Shown here piece by piece: positions 26,948-39,631 of a DNA stretch of 64,000 nucleotides. A program made the position numbers and the translations under genes. The notes under the pieces were generated by a model. It saw only the letters and a program-made list of their open reading frames with translations, was not told where the DNA came from and did not search any database. The stretch is taken from the NCBI GenBank assembly GCA_964016885.1, contig OZ024763.1, positions 22,506,001-22,570,000 of the forward strand, written 5' to 3'. The DNA is from Eledone cirrhosa. Its lineage: Eukaryota. The first letter of the stretch is position 1, and each line of letters starts with the position of its first letter.

Positions 26948-27165
26948 GTGTAAAGTGGACGTGTAGGCGCCACGGAAAAAAGGCACTCAGCACTCACTAT
27001 AAATGAGGTTGGTGTTAGGAAGGGCATCTGGCTGTAGAAATCAAGCCAGAATCAGTTCCAGTATGAACAAGACAAGGTCAGCCAACTGGACACTGCCCAC
27101 AACAGGACAACCCATCTAACCCATGCTAGCGTGGAAGAATGGACGTAAAATGGTGATGATGATAT
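26948..27165 (+). mobile_element. RTE 3' UTR fragment (family of 42190)
   Basis: Matches 1025-1245. Confidence 0.85.
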
Positions 27166-27271
27166 GTGTATATATAAATAAATATATAGTGTATGTGTGT
27201 GTATATATATATATATATATATAGTGTGTATATATATATATATATATATATAGTATATATATATATATGTA

Positions 27272-27720
27272 TAGTAATAATAATAAAATTGAAGACTAAA
27301 ATCCAAAGAGGGCTCGATAAGGAAAATATATATCAAATATATAAGAATCGTAGAGCAAATATTTATTAAAATAACAGATTAAAGTTTAAGCAAAGAATCG
27401 CTGCTTTCACCCTTAACGGGATCTTCTGAAACTAACAAAGTCAATCTGTAAACGCAGAACTGGATATTTCAAAAAACGTTGCAACCGGAGGAAGACAGGA
27501 AGACGATACTTTGGTTCGTGGTGACGTTCGCTGGCAAAGAACGGGAAAAAACGAATAATACGTCATTAATAGGAGCGGTGAAAAAACAATTACGCACAAC
27601 GTTTTTTGAAATATCCAGTTCTGCGTTTACAGATTGACTTTGTTAGTTTCAGAAGATCCCGTTAAGGGTGAAAGCAGCGATTCTTTGCTTAAACTTTAAT
27701 CTGTTATTTTAATAAATATA
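27272..27720. mobile_element. Head-to-head Penelope pLTR family A element, two HHR-like motifs (-27383-27433, +27645-27695)
   Basis: Long arm 27272-27595 overlaps the 3' end of the element at 43943; short inverted arm 27596-27720; (TA)n flanks. Confidence 0.85.
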
Positions 27721-27937
27721 TATATGTATATATATGTAGATAAATCTACCAAGAGTTTACGGTAGTGTCCAATCCGTATGAAGAACTCAATGTAATCTGG
27801 ATATCATGGAAAGAAGAGATGCAATGAAAAATCACTTTCGGTGAAAGATAAACGGAATACAGAGTCAAGATAAAATATTAAAAAAATAATGAATAAAACA
27901 ATGAAACAGTTCCTTATATTAAACAAAAAAAGTTCAT

Positions 27938-28083
27938 TATTTAACGATCGTTTCTAGGATATATATGTGTGTTAGAATTGGCATGCATATTCAACAGATC
28001 TATGTACAAAATTATACAAAATTATACAAACTATCAAAATTAAATATACATACCAACACATATATATGCCGTCTTCAGAAATA
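27938..28083 (-). ncRNA. Hammerhead with about 115-nt stem-loop II, family M
   Basis: TATTT-CTGAAGA-...-GAA-ACGATCGT-T-AAATA; stem II closes with ATATATATGTG/CACATATATAT. Confidence 0.6.
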
Positions 28084-28109
28084 CCAACACATATATATGT
28101 ATATATATA

Positions 28110-28280
28110 TATTAAAATAACAGATTAAAGTTTAAGCAAAGAATCACTGCTTTCACCCTTAAACTTTAATCTGTTATTTTAATAAATATTTGCTCTACGG
28201 TTCTTATATATTTGATATATATTTATCCTTATCGAGCCCTCTTTGGATTTTAGTCTTCCCATTTATTATTATTACTATAT
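28110..28280. mobile_element. Short fold-back of pLTR family A
   Basis: attaaaataacagattaaagtttaag / cttaaactttaatctgttattttaat plus tail. Confidence 0.75.
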
Positions 28281-28880
28281 ATATATATATAAAAGTACCA
28301 GTCTAATACTGGGATGGATTCTTCCTCTATATCTCATTCTCATTTCCTCTCTCTCTCACTTTCTCTATCTCTCTTTCACACACACACACTCACACTCACA
28401 CACACTCACACACACACTCTCTCTCACACACACTCTCTCTCTCTCCCTAAATCAGAAATCAATATTTTAGACCCAAATCTATAATTGATAGAGAAAGGGA
28501 GATAACAAGTTGTACTTTGCTGAGGTCATGTGACGAGAGGAAATGTTGAGTGAAATTTCGTGTTAATATTGAGTGGAAGGTCGTGTGTCCTCGTACAGAT
28601 GATGATGTGGGAAATTTTATTATGTATATATAAATATATGTATAGGTATATGTATATATATATGTGTGTGTATATGTATATATATGTATATATGTATATA
28701 TATGTATATATGTATATGTATGTATATATATGTATATGTATGTGTATGTATATATATGTATATGTATGTATATATATGTATGTGTATGTGTATGTATATA
28801 TATGTATATGTATGTATATATATGTATGTGTATGTATATATATATGTATCTATATATATGTATATGTATGTATATGTATG

Positions 28881-28911
<31 letters not shown>

Positions 28912-28940
28912 GTATATGTATGTATATAGATGTATTTTTT

Positions 28941-29275
28941 TTTCATTTCATTTTACATCTGCTTTTTTCCCTGCTTTCAAGGGTGGGACGGGAACTGATT
29001 CTGGCTTGATTTCTACAGCTGGATGCCCTTCCTAACACCAACCTCATTTACAGTGAGTGCTGGGTGCTTTTTTGCCATGGCGCCTCCACGACCACTTTGC
29101 AGTGGAATGATAGGGACCCCAGTCCCTATCATCTCATTTCTACAGCTGAGTAAACTGGAGCAATGTGAAATAAAGTGTCTTGCTCAAGGAAACAACACAT
29201 CACCCGGTCTGAGAATTGAACTCACAACCTTTCGATTGCAAGGCCAATGCTCTAACCACTAAGCCATGTGCCTCC
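28941..29275 (-). mobile_element. tRNA/CORE/RTE-tail SINE
   Basis: Near-identical to 8391-8742. Confidence 0.9.
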
Positions 29276-29613
29276 ATAGCCATGTGCCTCCATGTCTATA
29301 TATATTATATGTATATGTATGTATATATATGTATATATATACTATATATATATATATATATGTATATGTATGTATATATATGTATATGTATGTATATGTA
29401 TGTATATATATGTATATGTATGTATATGTATGTGTATGTATATGTATGTATGCTTGTGTATATTTATATATATGTGTATGTTTTATATATGTATATATAT
29501 ATATATATATATATGTTTGTGTATATCTATATATATATGTGTATGTATATATATGTATATATATGTGTATGTATATATATTTGTATGAATATGTATGTAT
29601 ATATATATATATA

Positions 29614-29969
29614 TCATCATCATTATATGTCCGCATTTCCCTGCTTGCAAGGGTGGGACGGGAACTGATTCTGGCTTGACTTCTACAGCTGGATGCCCTT
29701 CCTAACACCAACCTCATTTACAGTGAGTGCTGGGTGCTTTTTTCCTGTGGCGCCTATATGTCCACTTTACAGTAAGTGGTGGGTGCTTTTTTGCCGTGGC
29801 AACTCTACGACCACTTTGCAGTCCCTATCATTTCTACAGCTGAGTAAACTGGAGCAATGTGAAATAAAGTGTCTTGCTCAAAAAAACAACACATCACCCA
29901 GTCTGAGAATTGAACTCACAACCTTTCGATTGCAAGCCCAATGCTCTAACCACTAAGCGATGTGCCTCC
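29614..29969 (-). mobile_element. tRNA/CORE/RTE-tail SINE (variant with duplicated internal unit)
   Basis: Homology to 8391-8742. Confidence 0.9.
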
Positions 29970-29978
29970 ATATATATG

Positions 29979-30042
<64 letters not shown>

Positions 30043-30355
30043 TATAAATATTGACACAGAATACTATTATTCACTGGAAATATAGCAGGTTTCACCGGTT
30101 AGTAAATTGGTATTACTAACAAGTGCTACTTAAATAATAATTAAACAGTTCCATAAAAGAATTAACAGATTCTCGCGAAAGAAGTCTCTACCAGGATGTG
30201 TTGTTTCACACACTCCATTTTAAATTGTTTTATGTATTCTCACAACAATGTGAAGTGGTCAAAATGTTTCGTGATTTATTTATTTACTGGTTTCTGGAAA
30301 AAAATTATGTGTTTCGTTTTAATTGAGAAATTTTTGTAAAACTGTGCTTCTTTAA

Positions 30356-30889
30356 CCCTTTAGTATTTAACCCAGCTGCATCCGGCCAAAATTCTCTCAC
30401 CTCTTTTTGTTCAAACTGGCTGTAACCAGCTGCTTATACTGATGTTAAGGTATTGTTCTCAACATCAATAATATCAAAATCTCATAGATTTGATATTATA
30501 TGGAGGCACATGACTTAGTGGTTAGAGCATTGGCCTTGCAATCGAAAGGTTGTGAGTTCAATTCTCAGACCGAGTGATGTGTTGTTTCCTTGAGCAAGAC
30601 ACTTTATTTCACATTGCTCCAGTTTACTCAGCTGTAGAAATGAGCTGATAGGGACTGGTGTGTAAAGTGGTCGTGGAGGTGCCACGGCAAAAAAGCACCC
30701 AGCACTCACTGTAAAATGAGGTTGGTGTTAGGAAGGGCATCCAGCTGTAGAAATCAAGCCAGAATCAGTTCCCATCCCACCCTTGCAAGCAGGGAAAAGC
30801 GGATGTAAAATGAAATGAATGAAATATGAGGTAAAGACTTTACTGTGACAAAATAATAGTAAATATAGAGTAATGTAAATGCTAAAGGG
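30356..30889. mobile_element. piggyBac-type MITE with nested SINE
   Basis: TTAA-CCCTTTAGTATTTA ... TAAATGCTAAAGGG-TTAA; the flanks rejoin into the local repeat cttctttaaggttcagtaatg. Confidence 0.8.
30502..30825 (+). mobile_element. tRNA/CORE/RTE-tail SINE
   Basis: Reverse complement of 8391-8742. Confidence 0.9.
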
Positions 30890-31102
30890 TTAAGGTTCAG
30901 TAATGTGGCCTCTCTAAGCCTGTACTCTAGTTGCCCTTAATGGTAATACCAGCTCTTTATAAAACTACAATCCTTTAAGATATACTAAAGTACCTCTCTA
31001 AGGTCTGTGCCCTTGTTGGTCTTAATGGTGGCTCTGGTCCTATATAAAGCTTTGGTCCTTTAAGGTTCTCTAAAGTACCTCTCTAAGGTCTGTGTCTCAG
31101 TT

Positions 31103-31311
31103 CAGGCATGTGAAACTGAAGGTCCCCCAAGCCCTACATGGGTCACATATGTGCTGTCTGAGGGCCACACACAACAACTAATTGCGCACATTACAACACA
31201 TTTTTTATATCTTATATTACGAAGATAAAACATGCTTACACTGTAAAAACCTTTGTGCGGGCTGCGGGTGTATTTGTAAAGGGCCTGCAGGCTGCATATT
31301 TGACATGTCTG
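31103..31311. mobile_element. hAT-type MITE
   Basis: TIRs CAGGCATGTGAAA / TTTGACATGTCTG; homologous to 32101-32283; TSD not clear. Confidence 0.7.
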
Positions 31312-31603
31312 CCCTGGTCTTAATGGTGGCTCTGAGCCCTAGATAGCTACCTAGTTAGCCTTAATGGTAGCACTGGCTCTCTATGTATAAAACCGGGATT
31401 CTTTAAGGTTCAGTAATGTACCTCTCTAAAGTCTGTGCCCTCGATGACTCTCTACTGTGCCTTAATGCTAACACCAGCCCTGTATAAAACTACAATCCTT
31501 TAAGATAAACTAAAGTACCTCTCTAAGGTCTGTGCCCTAGACAGCTACCCTAGTTAGCCTTAATAGTAACACCAGTCCTGTACAAAACTGTGCTTCTTTA
31601 ATG

Positions 31604-32283
31604 CAGGCATGTCAAACTGAGGGTCCTCTGAGGGCCACATGGGTCAGATATGTTAGCCACCCCTATATCTACACCAGGCATGTCTGACTGAGGGTCCCCC
31701 GAGGACCACATGGGTCAGATATGTTAGCCACCCCTATATCTACACCAGGCATGTCTGACTGAGGGTCCCCCGAGGACCACATGGGTCAGATATGTTAGCC
31801 ACCCCTATATCTACACCAGGCATGTCTGACTGAGGGTCCCCCGAGGACCACATGGGTCACATATGTTAGCCACCCCTATATCTACACCAGGCATGTCAAA
31901 CTGAGGGTCCTCCGAGGGCCACATGGGTCAGATATGTTAGCCACCCCTATATCTACACCAGGCATGTCAAACTGAGGGTCCTCCGAGGGCCACATGGGTC
32001 AGATATGTTAGCCACCCCTATATCTACACCAGGCATGTCAAACTGAGGGTCCTCCGAGGGCCACATGGGTCAGATATGTTAGCCACCCCTATATCTACAC
32101 CAGGCATGTCTGACTGAGGGTCCCCCGAGGACCACATGGGTCACGTGTTGTCTGAGGGCCACACACGACCACTAATTGCGCACATTACAACTAATATTTT
32201 ATATTTATATTACACTCGCGCTGTAAAAACCTTTGTGTGGGCCAGAGGTGTCCTTGTAAAGGGCCGTATGTTTGACATACCTG
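31604..32283. mobile_element. hAT-type MITE whose left end is amplified into a 71-bp tandem array (7 units plus the complete element)
   Basis: CAGGCATGTC at 31604, 31675, ... 32101 (period 71); right TIR GTTTGACATACCTG at about 32270-32283. Confidence 0.8.
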
Positions 32284-32517
32284 CTCTAAAGTACCTTTCT
32301 AAGGTCTGTGCTGTAGGTGACTACGTAGTTAGCCCTAATGATATCACCAACCCTAGCTGGTGCTCTACCAATTCTTGAGCCATTCACTGCCAGAGTTTTA
32401 GTTACCATATTCTCAGTTTGGTGAGAATAACATTAAAACCAGACTGAACCAGTTTTTCTGACTCATTCATAAGAATCAACTTCACTTTCTTACAAATTGT
32501 TTTACTCTCGTCTCAAC

Positions 32518-32995
32518 TCTCTTCTTTTCCTTCTTCTTCTTCTTCTTCTTCTTCTTCTTCTTCTTTTTTCTTTTTCTTCTTTTTCTTCTTTTTCTTCTTT
32601 TTCTTCTTCCTTTTTCTTCTTTTTCTTCTTTTTCTTCTTTTTCTTCTTTTTCTTCTTTTTCTTCTTTTTCTTCTTCCTTTTCTTCCTTTTCTTTTTCTTC
32701 TTTTTCTTCTTACCTTCTCCCCCCCCCTCTCTCCCTACCTCTTTCTTTCTCTCTCTCTCCCTCCTCTCCAACCGGTTACGGTCTCTCTCTCTCTCACCCC
32801 CACACTCACCTCTCATTCACAGTCTATTATCTCTCTCTCCCCCCCTCTCTCTGTATTTATATCTGGTTATCCTTTTTAAAAAAATGTCATTTTATATGTC
32901 ACAGTATATGTACTTAACTGTGTGTGTGTGTGTGTGTGTGAGTATTTCCTACATTTATATACAATGGAAAATGTGTGTGTGTGTATATATATATA

Positions 32996-33038
<43 letters not shown>

Positions 33039-34180
33039 ATATATATATATGTGTGTGTATATATATTTTTGTGTGTGTATGTATATATGTGTGTGTGTAT
33101 ATATATATAGATGTGTGTGTGTATATATACATATATATATACACACGTGCTTAGTGTGCATGTGGGTTTTTTAAGTGCACCGTTTAGAGCAACACCACCA
33201 CCACCACTACACACTATCACACCACCACCACCACTACACACTACCACACCACCACCACCACCACTACACACCACCACCACCACCACCACCACTCACCACT
33301 ACCACCACTACATACTACCACCACCACTACCACACTACCACCACCACCACACACCACCACCACCACTACACACCACCACCACCACCCACCACCACCACCA
33401 CTCACCACTACCACCACTACATACTACCACCACCACTACCACACTACCACACCACCACCACCACTACACACCACACCACCACCACTACCACACCACTACA
33501 CACCACCACCACCACCACCACTACACACTACCACCACCACCACCACCACCACCACCACCACCACCACCACTGTCATTAACATTCCAGTTACATTATTAAC
33601 CATAATGGACAAGGAATATATTTCTTGGTAAAAGTGAAAAGTGTTGGAAAGGAAATGGTGAAGTTGGAATATTGTATTTATTACATTGGGGGAGAGTGGG
33701 AGGTGGTGAGAGTGGGAGGTGGTGGTGGCGGTGAGAGTGGGAGGTGGTGATGGTGACAGTGGGAGGTGGTGGTGGTGGTGGTGAGAGTGGGAGGTGGTGG
33801 TGGTGAGAGTGGGAGGTGGTGATGGTGACAGTGGGAGGTGGTGGTGGTGACAGTGGGAGGTGGTGGTGACAGTGGGAGGTGGTGGTGGTGAGAGTGGGAG
33901 GTGGTGGTGGTGACAGTGGGAGGTGGTGATGGTGACAGTGGGAGGTGGTAGTGGTGACAGTGGGAGGAGGTGATGGTGACAGTGGGAGGTGGTGATGGTA
34001 GAGGTGGTGGTGATAGTGACAGTGGGAGGTGGTGGTGATAGTGGGAGGTGGTGGTGGTGACAGTGGGAGGTGGTGGTGGTGGTGACAGTAGGAGTTGGTG
34101 GTAGTGGGAGATGGAGGTGGTGGTGGTGAGAGGTGGGAGTTGGTGGTGGTGACAGTGGGAGAAGTGGAGGCAGTGACTGG
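32518..34180. repeat. Simple repeats: (TTC/TTTTTC)n, (CT)n, (GT/AT)n, (CAC)n, (GGTGACAGTGGGAGGT)n
   Basis: Direct inspection. Confidence 0.9.
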
Positions 34181-34499
34181 GAGTTTGGTCCCATTGTGTT
34201 GTGACCCGGTATATATATATATATATATTTACCACACCACAATACCAGACTTGTCCCATGGGGAGATTCCTCACCTACTTTGGGGTGGGTGAGAGATGTC
34301 TTCTCTTGTGAAAATGGCTATAACTTTCATTATGTAAAATCTCACCATTTTGGGCCACTTTCTTTCATGGTACTCCCGTTTAATTGCATAATTTGGTAAT
34401 TTGCATAACTTTTCAAAATGCAGTGTACTGGTATGTGACCCCCCCCCCCCCCACACACACACATGCACATATCATCATCATCATCACTGTTTAACGTCC

Positions 34500-34682
34500 T
34501 TGGCAGTATCGGTAGAGGGTCAGCCACCATGTTTTGCAGTATGGAGTTACGTCCCTTTGCGGTCTGAGTTCAAATCGCACCATGATTAACTTTGCCTTTC
34601 ATCCTTAAGGGGGTCAATAAAATAATGTACCAGTAATACACTGGGGTAATTGCTGGCCTTGTGTCGAAAGTAGAAATAATTA
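34500..34682 (+). mobile_element. Meta-like SINE
   Basis: Homologous to 313-500. Confidence 0.75.
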
Positions 34683-35001
34683 TTTTTCATGGGTTAGATG
34701 GGATGTCCACGTAAGGAGACAAGTCTGGTCATAATTGGTCACACTGTACCTTGCTCTGACAGGACTGTAAATTTGGCCAAGGTTTTTTAAAGCAGGCTGC
34801 CCTTCCTAACACCACATATAATCATCATCTTCGTTTAATGCCCATTTTTTCCACACTAGCATGAGTTAGATGAAATGTCCCATTTGAGGTAATGTTAGGT
34901 CAGGTGACCATGTCTTACTCAGATAGAACTGTTTCTCGCTTAGTTTCTTTGGTTGGATATCCTTCCTTATGCCAACCACATTTACAGTGTGGTATATTCT
35001 T

Positions 35002-35037
35002 TCTTCTGATGAAGGACTAGCGTCCGAAACGTTAAGA
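35002..35037 (+). ncRNA. Canonical minimal type-I hammerhead, family E
   Basis: TCTT-CTGATGA-A-GGAC tagc GTCC-GAA-ACGT-T-AAGA; palindromic stem III, GUU cleavage triplet. Confidence 0.88.
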
Positions 35038-35245
35038 CCCTCTTCCCGCTATATCAAGCATTAACCTAATATATCCCTTCCATATACTGTACCGATTGTG
35101 TTGTTATTTCTGTTTACCTTTTACACACACACGTATATATGAAGTATTTCCATAGGAAAGGTAAAGGAAGGGATAGTGCTCTATGTATGCTACAGAGCTA
35201 TTTAGCCTTTGTTTTTAATTTCATATCTTACGTCCATATTAAATT

Positions 35246-35316
35246 TTCATTCTGATGAGCGATTTCAGACGTCTCTGTTGAGCTCACCTGTCTCCGTGAA
35301 ACCTTTGGTAAATGGA
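35246..35316 (+). ncRNA. Hammerhead, family F variant
   Basis: TTCATT-CTGATGA..GAA-ACC ttt GGT-A-AATGGA. Confidence 0.7.
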
Positions 35317-35354
35317 TTGTCTTATGTTGTTTATTACATAATTATATATATATC

Positions 35355-35446
35355 GCATGAAAGACGACAGCTGTATAAAAAAGTGCAGGGTGATCAAAAT
35401 AGATGGAAGCTACGGAGTAGGCAGACCCAGAAAAACCTGGGATGAT
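35355..35446 (+). mobile_element. Short RTE ORF fragment
   Basis: MKDDSCIKKCRVIKIDGSYGVGRPRKTWDD aligns to the C-terminus of the 42486-43775 ORF. Confidence 0.75.
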
Positions 35447-35458
35447 TTGATAAATTCC

Positions 35459-35518
35459 GATATGGTCCCTATATGGGACCATATCAGATATTAAACTGAT
35501 TTTTAGAACTAGGTGAGT
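35459..35518 (+). pseudogene. U2 snRNA-like fragment (continues at 36168-36190 after the LINE insertion)
   Basis: Stem IIb-like hairpin, ATATTAAACTGATTTTT (Sm-site region), later TAGGGGCTTGCT; minus strand reads ATCAGTTTAATATCTGATA. Confidence 0.5.
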
Positions 35519-36156
35519 CATCATCATCATCATTCGTCGACTACTGTCGAGATGATGGATCTCACTCTCATGCCCCAGAATTCCCCGTCCCCCATCGCTG
35601 CCCCCATGTCCTGTCTACTGATTCCCGTTTCCCTAGAGATAACGTCAGGGAATGACAGCTTCCTACTCCTAGTCAGGCTGGAGTCAGGGTTCCAGAGCAA
35701 GAGAGCGGATATGATTTCATTGCTGGCACGGTGACAGTGGCCAGCAAATGAGCTCTCGGGATTTTAGAAGGGCAGAGGCTCGAGGGAGTTTGCCATAGAT
35801 TTCAGACAATGGTGGATGTCGTTTCCAGGATAGGTTTTGCACTCTCATTAAGAGGCGGGTATATGTGCCATCCAATCTCCTCTCAAGTCTCAGAACCCTT
35901 AATGGTACCACCCTTAAGCAGGTGGAAGATTACAAGTATCTTGGCTCATATATCTCCTCCTCCAAAAAAAGATTTTCTAACCAGGAAGGGTATGGCATGG
36001 TCAGCGTGCAATGACATGCACGCCATATGGACATCTCAACTTAGCAACAAGCTAAAACTGGAAATATTCCAAGCAACCATTAAGCCCATATTACTTTATG
36101 GATCCGAAACTTGGACACTAACATCACAACTTGAGAGGAGATTGGATGGCACATAT
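35519..36156. mobile_element. RTE LINE insertion with 5' inversion
   Basis: TSD ACTAGGTGAGT at 35508-35518 and 36157-36167; minus 3' part 35519-35888 with (GAT)n tail; plus part 35890-36158 (VEDYKYLG..PILLYGSETWTL). Confidence 0.85.
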
Positions 36157-36444
36157 ACTAGGTGAGTAGTTAGGGGCTTGCTACACCTTTGATGGTTTGT
36201 AGTGCACCTGAGCACTGTAAACAATAATGTTTGTTATTGTTAGTCCACCCTCAGTATATATTAAAGTCTGGGTCATATTTCATTGATTAATGTTTATCAA
36301 ATGACTGACTTGGTAGCTATTTTTGAAACATTTAGCATTGTGTGTTTGTGTGTGATTTCCGCTTAGTTTTTGACTAGCAAACTCCACGTGTGTCTGTATG
36401 TGTGTGTATATATGTATATATATATATATGTGTGTGTGTATGTA

Positions 36445-36495
<51 letters not shown>

Positions 36496-36659
36496 CATTG
36501 TTACATTGACAGTCGGTTTCCTGATGATTTCTCCCCTATGAAACAGTTCTAGTCCTGTAGAAGCCATTTCTATATTAAATATATATATATATACACACAT
36601 ATATAAAATATATACACTGACATATATATATATACACACACATATATATATTTATATAT

Positions 36660-36724
<65 letters not shown>

Positions 36725-37080
36725 TACACATATATATGTGGGTTAGAAGGTAAATGTGTACAATGGAAACAAACAAATGGGTGCGCCTTATTGAAAAATA
36801 AAAAAAAAACGTGTAGGGGGTGTGAGAATTAGAGTGTGTGTGTGAAAGAGGAGAGAGAGAGAGAGAGAGAGAGGGAGGAGGATATAGATAAAGAGAGTGG
36901 TGTGGGAGGTGAGGAGGGGAAGGGAGAGGGAAAGACACTTACTATGTGGTCAGTAAGTGTTGTGTAGTGGTTCTGGACTGATTTCCAGGTAGTGTCACCA
37001 ATATTTAAACTGAGGATTGAGGATTGAGGACTGTACCAGGGATTATACCAGGGTTATATTTACACAAAGTTTGGTCCACC

Positions 37081-37132
37081 ATGTATCACTGGTTGACTGG
37101 ATGTGTGAAGAATGATCCAGAATATGACAGTG
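37081..37132 (+). CDS. Candidate first coding exon (MYHWLTGCVKNDPEYDS)
   Basis: CCACC-ATG Kozak context, unique sequence, G|GTAGGT donor; no homology recognised. Confidence 0.25.
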
Positions 37133-37347
37133 GTAGGTTTAAGGTTTATTATTACGTATATACGTGTGTGTGTGTATATATATATGTGTGTGTGTGTATA
37201 TATATGTATGTGTGTGTGTATATATATATATATAAGTTTACCCCGGGTTCAATCGGGGGTAACCACAGTCAGTAAGCTACTCAATACATAGCAGATTATA
37301 AATATTTAATATAGAAATGGCTTCTACAGGACTAGAACTGTTTCATT

Positions 37348-37402
<55 letters not shown>

Positions 37403-37411
<9 letters not shown>

Positions 37412-37743
37412 TACAAATATTAATAAAATAGATGTTCTTTTGATCAATTACATTTTATTATACATATTTCGGATGTACAACAGTACGTCCTCATCAGACA
37501 AAATATAATGATACATGACATACCCTGAGATGTTAAATGGTTAAGATTTAATCTGATGAGGACGTACTGTTGTACATCCAAAATATGTATAATAAAATGT
37601 AATTGATCAAAAGAACATCTATTTTATTAATATTTGTATTTTAATATTAATAACTCTGTAAAATTAATTACCGTAGAGTGCTTCCAATCTACTGTAAAAC
37701 TCATTCTTTGATATACTCATTGAATCTTGTTTAACTCTTTAAT
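37403..37743. mobile_element. Head-to-head family H element (HHR -37452-37504 intact; +37553-37598 with G12A)
   Basis: Homologous to 15283-15670; (TA)n flanks. Confidence 0.85.
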
Positions 37744-37756
37744 ATATATATAAATA

Positions 37757-38208
<452 letters not shown>

Positions 38209-38684
38209 ATATATATACACACACACACACACCGTCTAACCCATGCTAGCGTGGAAGATGGACGTTAAACAAAGATGATAATAATGATGATGATGATGAT
38301 ATATATCTGTTCCATCGGCAACAGTTTGAATACCTTTGTCCTCTGGGCCAATGAAACCTTCATTCCTGGTATTGTGCCGTTATAGTAACTGACTGACCTT
38401 AACAATTATATATATATATATACATGCACACACTCACACACATATATATATACTGCATACTCATAGACCTAAATTCTCTCACAAGGACATAAATTACCCT
38501 CACAAGAGATAGGTCACTCCATAACTAAAACAGCAGGTACTTGCTCAAGTTGTTCCCTCAGTAGGACTGAACCTAAAACCACCTGGTTGTGAAACTCCTT
38601 AACAACACCACATAGTTATACCTGAACTTACGTTATTGTTTTTATAGTTTTGTTCCTTTTTCTGTTGTTTTTTTTTCTCACCAG

Positions 38685-38706
38685 TGACGAGGTTTATTTG
38701 GAAAAG
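38685..38706 (+). CDS. Candidate 22-nt micro-exon
   Basis: Long pyrimidine tract plus CAG acceptor, AAG|GTAAAG donor; stays open (VTRFIWK) if spliced to 37081-37132. Confidence 0.3.
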
Positions 38707-38789
38707 GTAAAGTTAGACACAAAGTCTGCTTGTGTCACGTATGACAACGTTTTTTTTATTTTTATTTGAAATAATCTTATCTACCATGT

Positions 38790-39010
38790 CAGGGTCTGAA
38801 CATGCATAGCTAATCTACATTTTATGATGACACTCTGGGGCTGAATATGCATAACTAATCTACATTTTATAATGACACTCTGGAGCTGAATATACATAAC
38901 TAATCTACATTTTATAATCACAGTCTGGAGCTGAACATGCATAACTAATGCATATTTTATAATGACACACTGGGTCTGGACATGCATAGCTAATCGACAC
39001 TTTATAATCA
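38790..39010. repeat. 45-bp tandem repeat, about 5 copies
   Basis: ctgaacatgcatagctaatctacattttatgatgacactctgggg variants. Confidence 0.85.
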
Positions 39011-39148
39011 CAATCCACAAACCACTTCAGTTTCACTTTATCATTGTTTTTACATAAGGACACATTAGATAATGTTGCCCTATTTAGTCCCTAAAACATG
39101 TTCTGTTCAATTAGGGCTGATTGGGATGGGATGGGGGTTAACAGCATA

Positions 39149-39235
39149 TATGAGGGTCAACTGATAAGTTCCTAGGCTGACCAAGATACTCTCATGGAAT
39201 GACCAAATGAGGTTTATTTTTCAACATAGTCCCTG
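39149..39235. mobile_element. Mariner-like terminal fragment
   Basis: TA-TGAGGGTCAACTGATAAGTT..TTTATTTTTCAACATAGTCCC resembles mariner ends (from memory). Confidence 0.4.
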
Positions 39236-39346
39236 GAAAGAAACAATGCAGTTATTAATAAGAGTTGAAATTAATGCCTGCAAGATTTTACTGCTCTAGC
39301 ATCACTCCTCAATCAGCCAACCCTCATATATATATATATATATATA

Positions 39347-39562
39347 TTAAAAAAGAAATTAAAAGATGGTTAAAAAAGTTCCATATATTTTATTATGCGC
39401 ATTTCGAAAACAAATCATCCTGGGACAAAATTTGTGTTCTCATCAGATAAAATAACCATCTTTTAATTTCTTCTTTAATATATACTCCAGTTCTACCAAC
39501 TGTTGAGTGGTACTTATCTGATATATGCATAGTTTTATTGTTCTACAATATTACTCACCTTC
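39347..39562. mobile_element. Family I element with hammerhead at 39387-39453 (-)
   Basis: TTTTAT-CTGATGA-GAACACAAAT..ATTTGTTTTC-GAA-ATGCGCAT-A-ATAAAA; short IR aaaagatggtta / taaccatctttt. Confidence 0.8.
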
Positions 39563-39594
39563 TATATATATATATGTATATGTATATATATATC

Positions 39595-39631
<37 letters not shown>

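Noticed and set aside
36516-36560. Hammerhead CTGATGA..GAAACAGTT
   Set aside because: Stems I and II do not pair; at best a degenerate or truncated pLTR.
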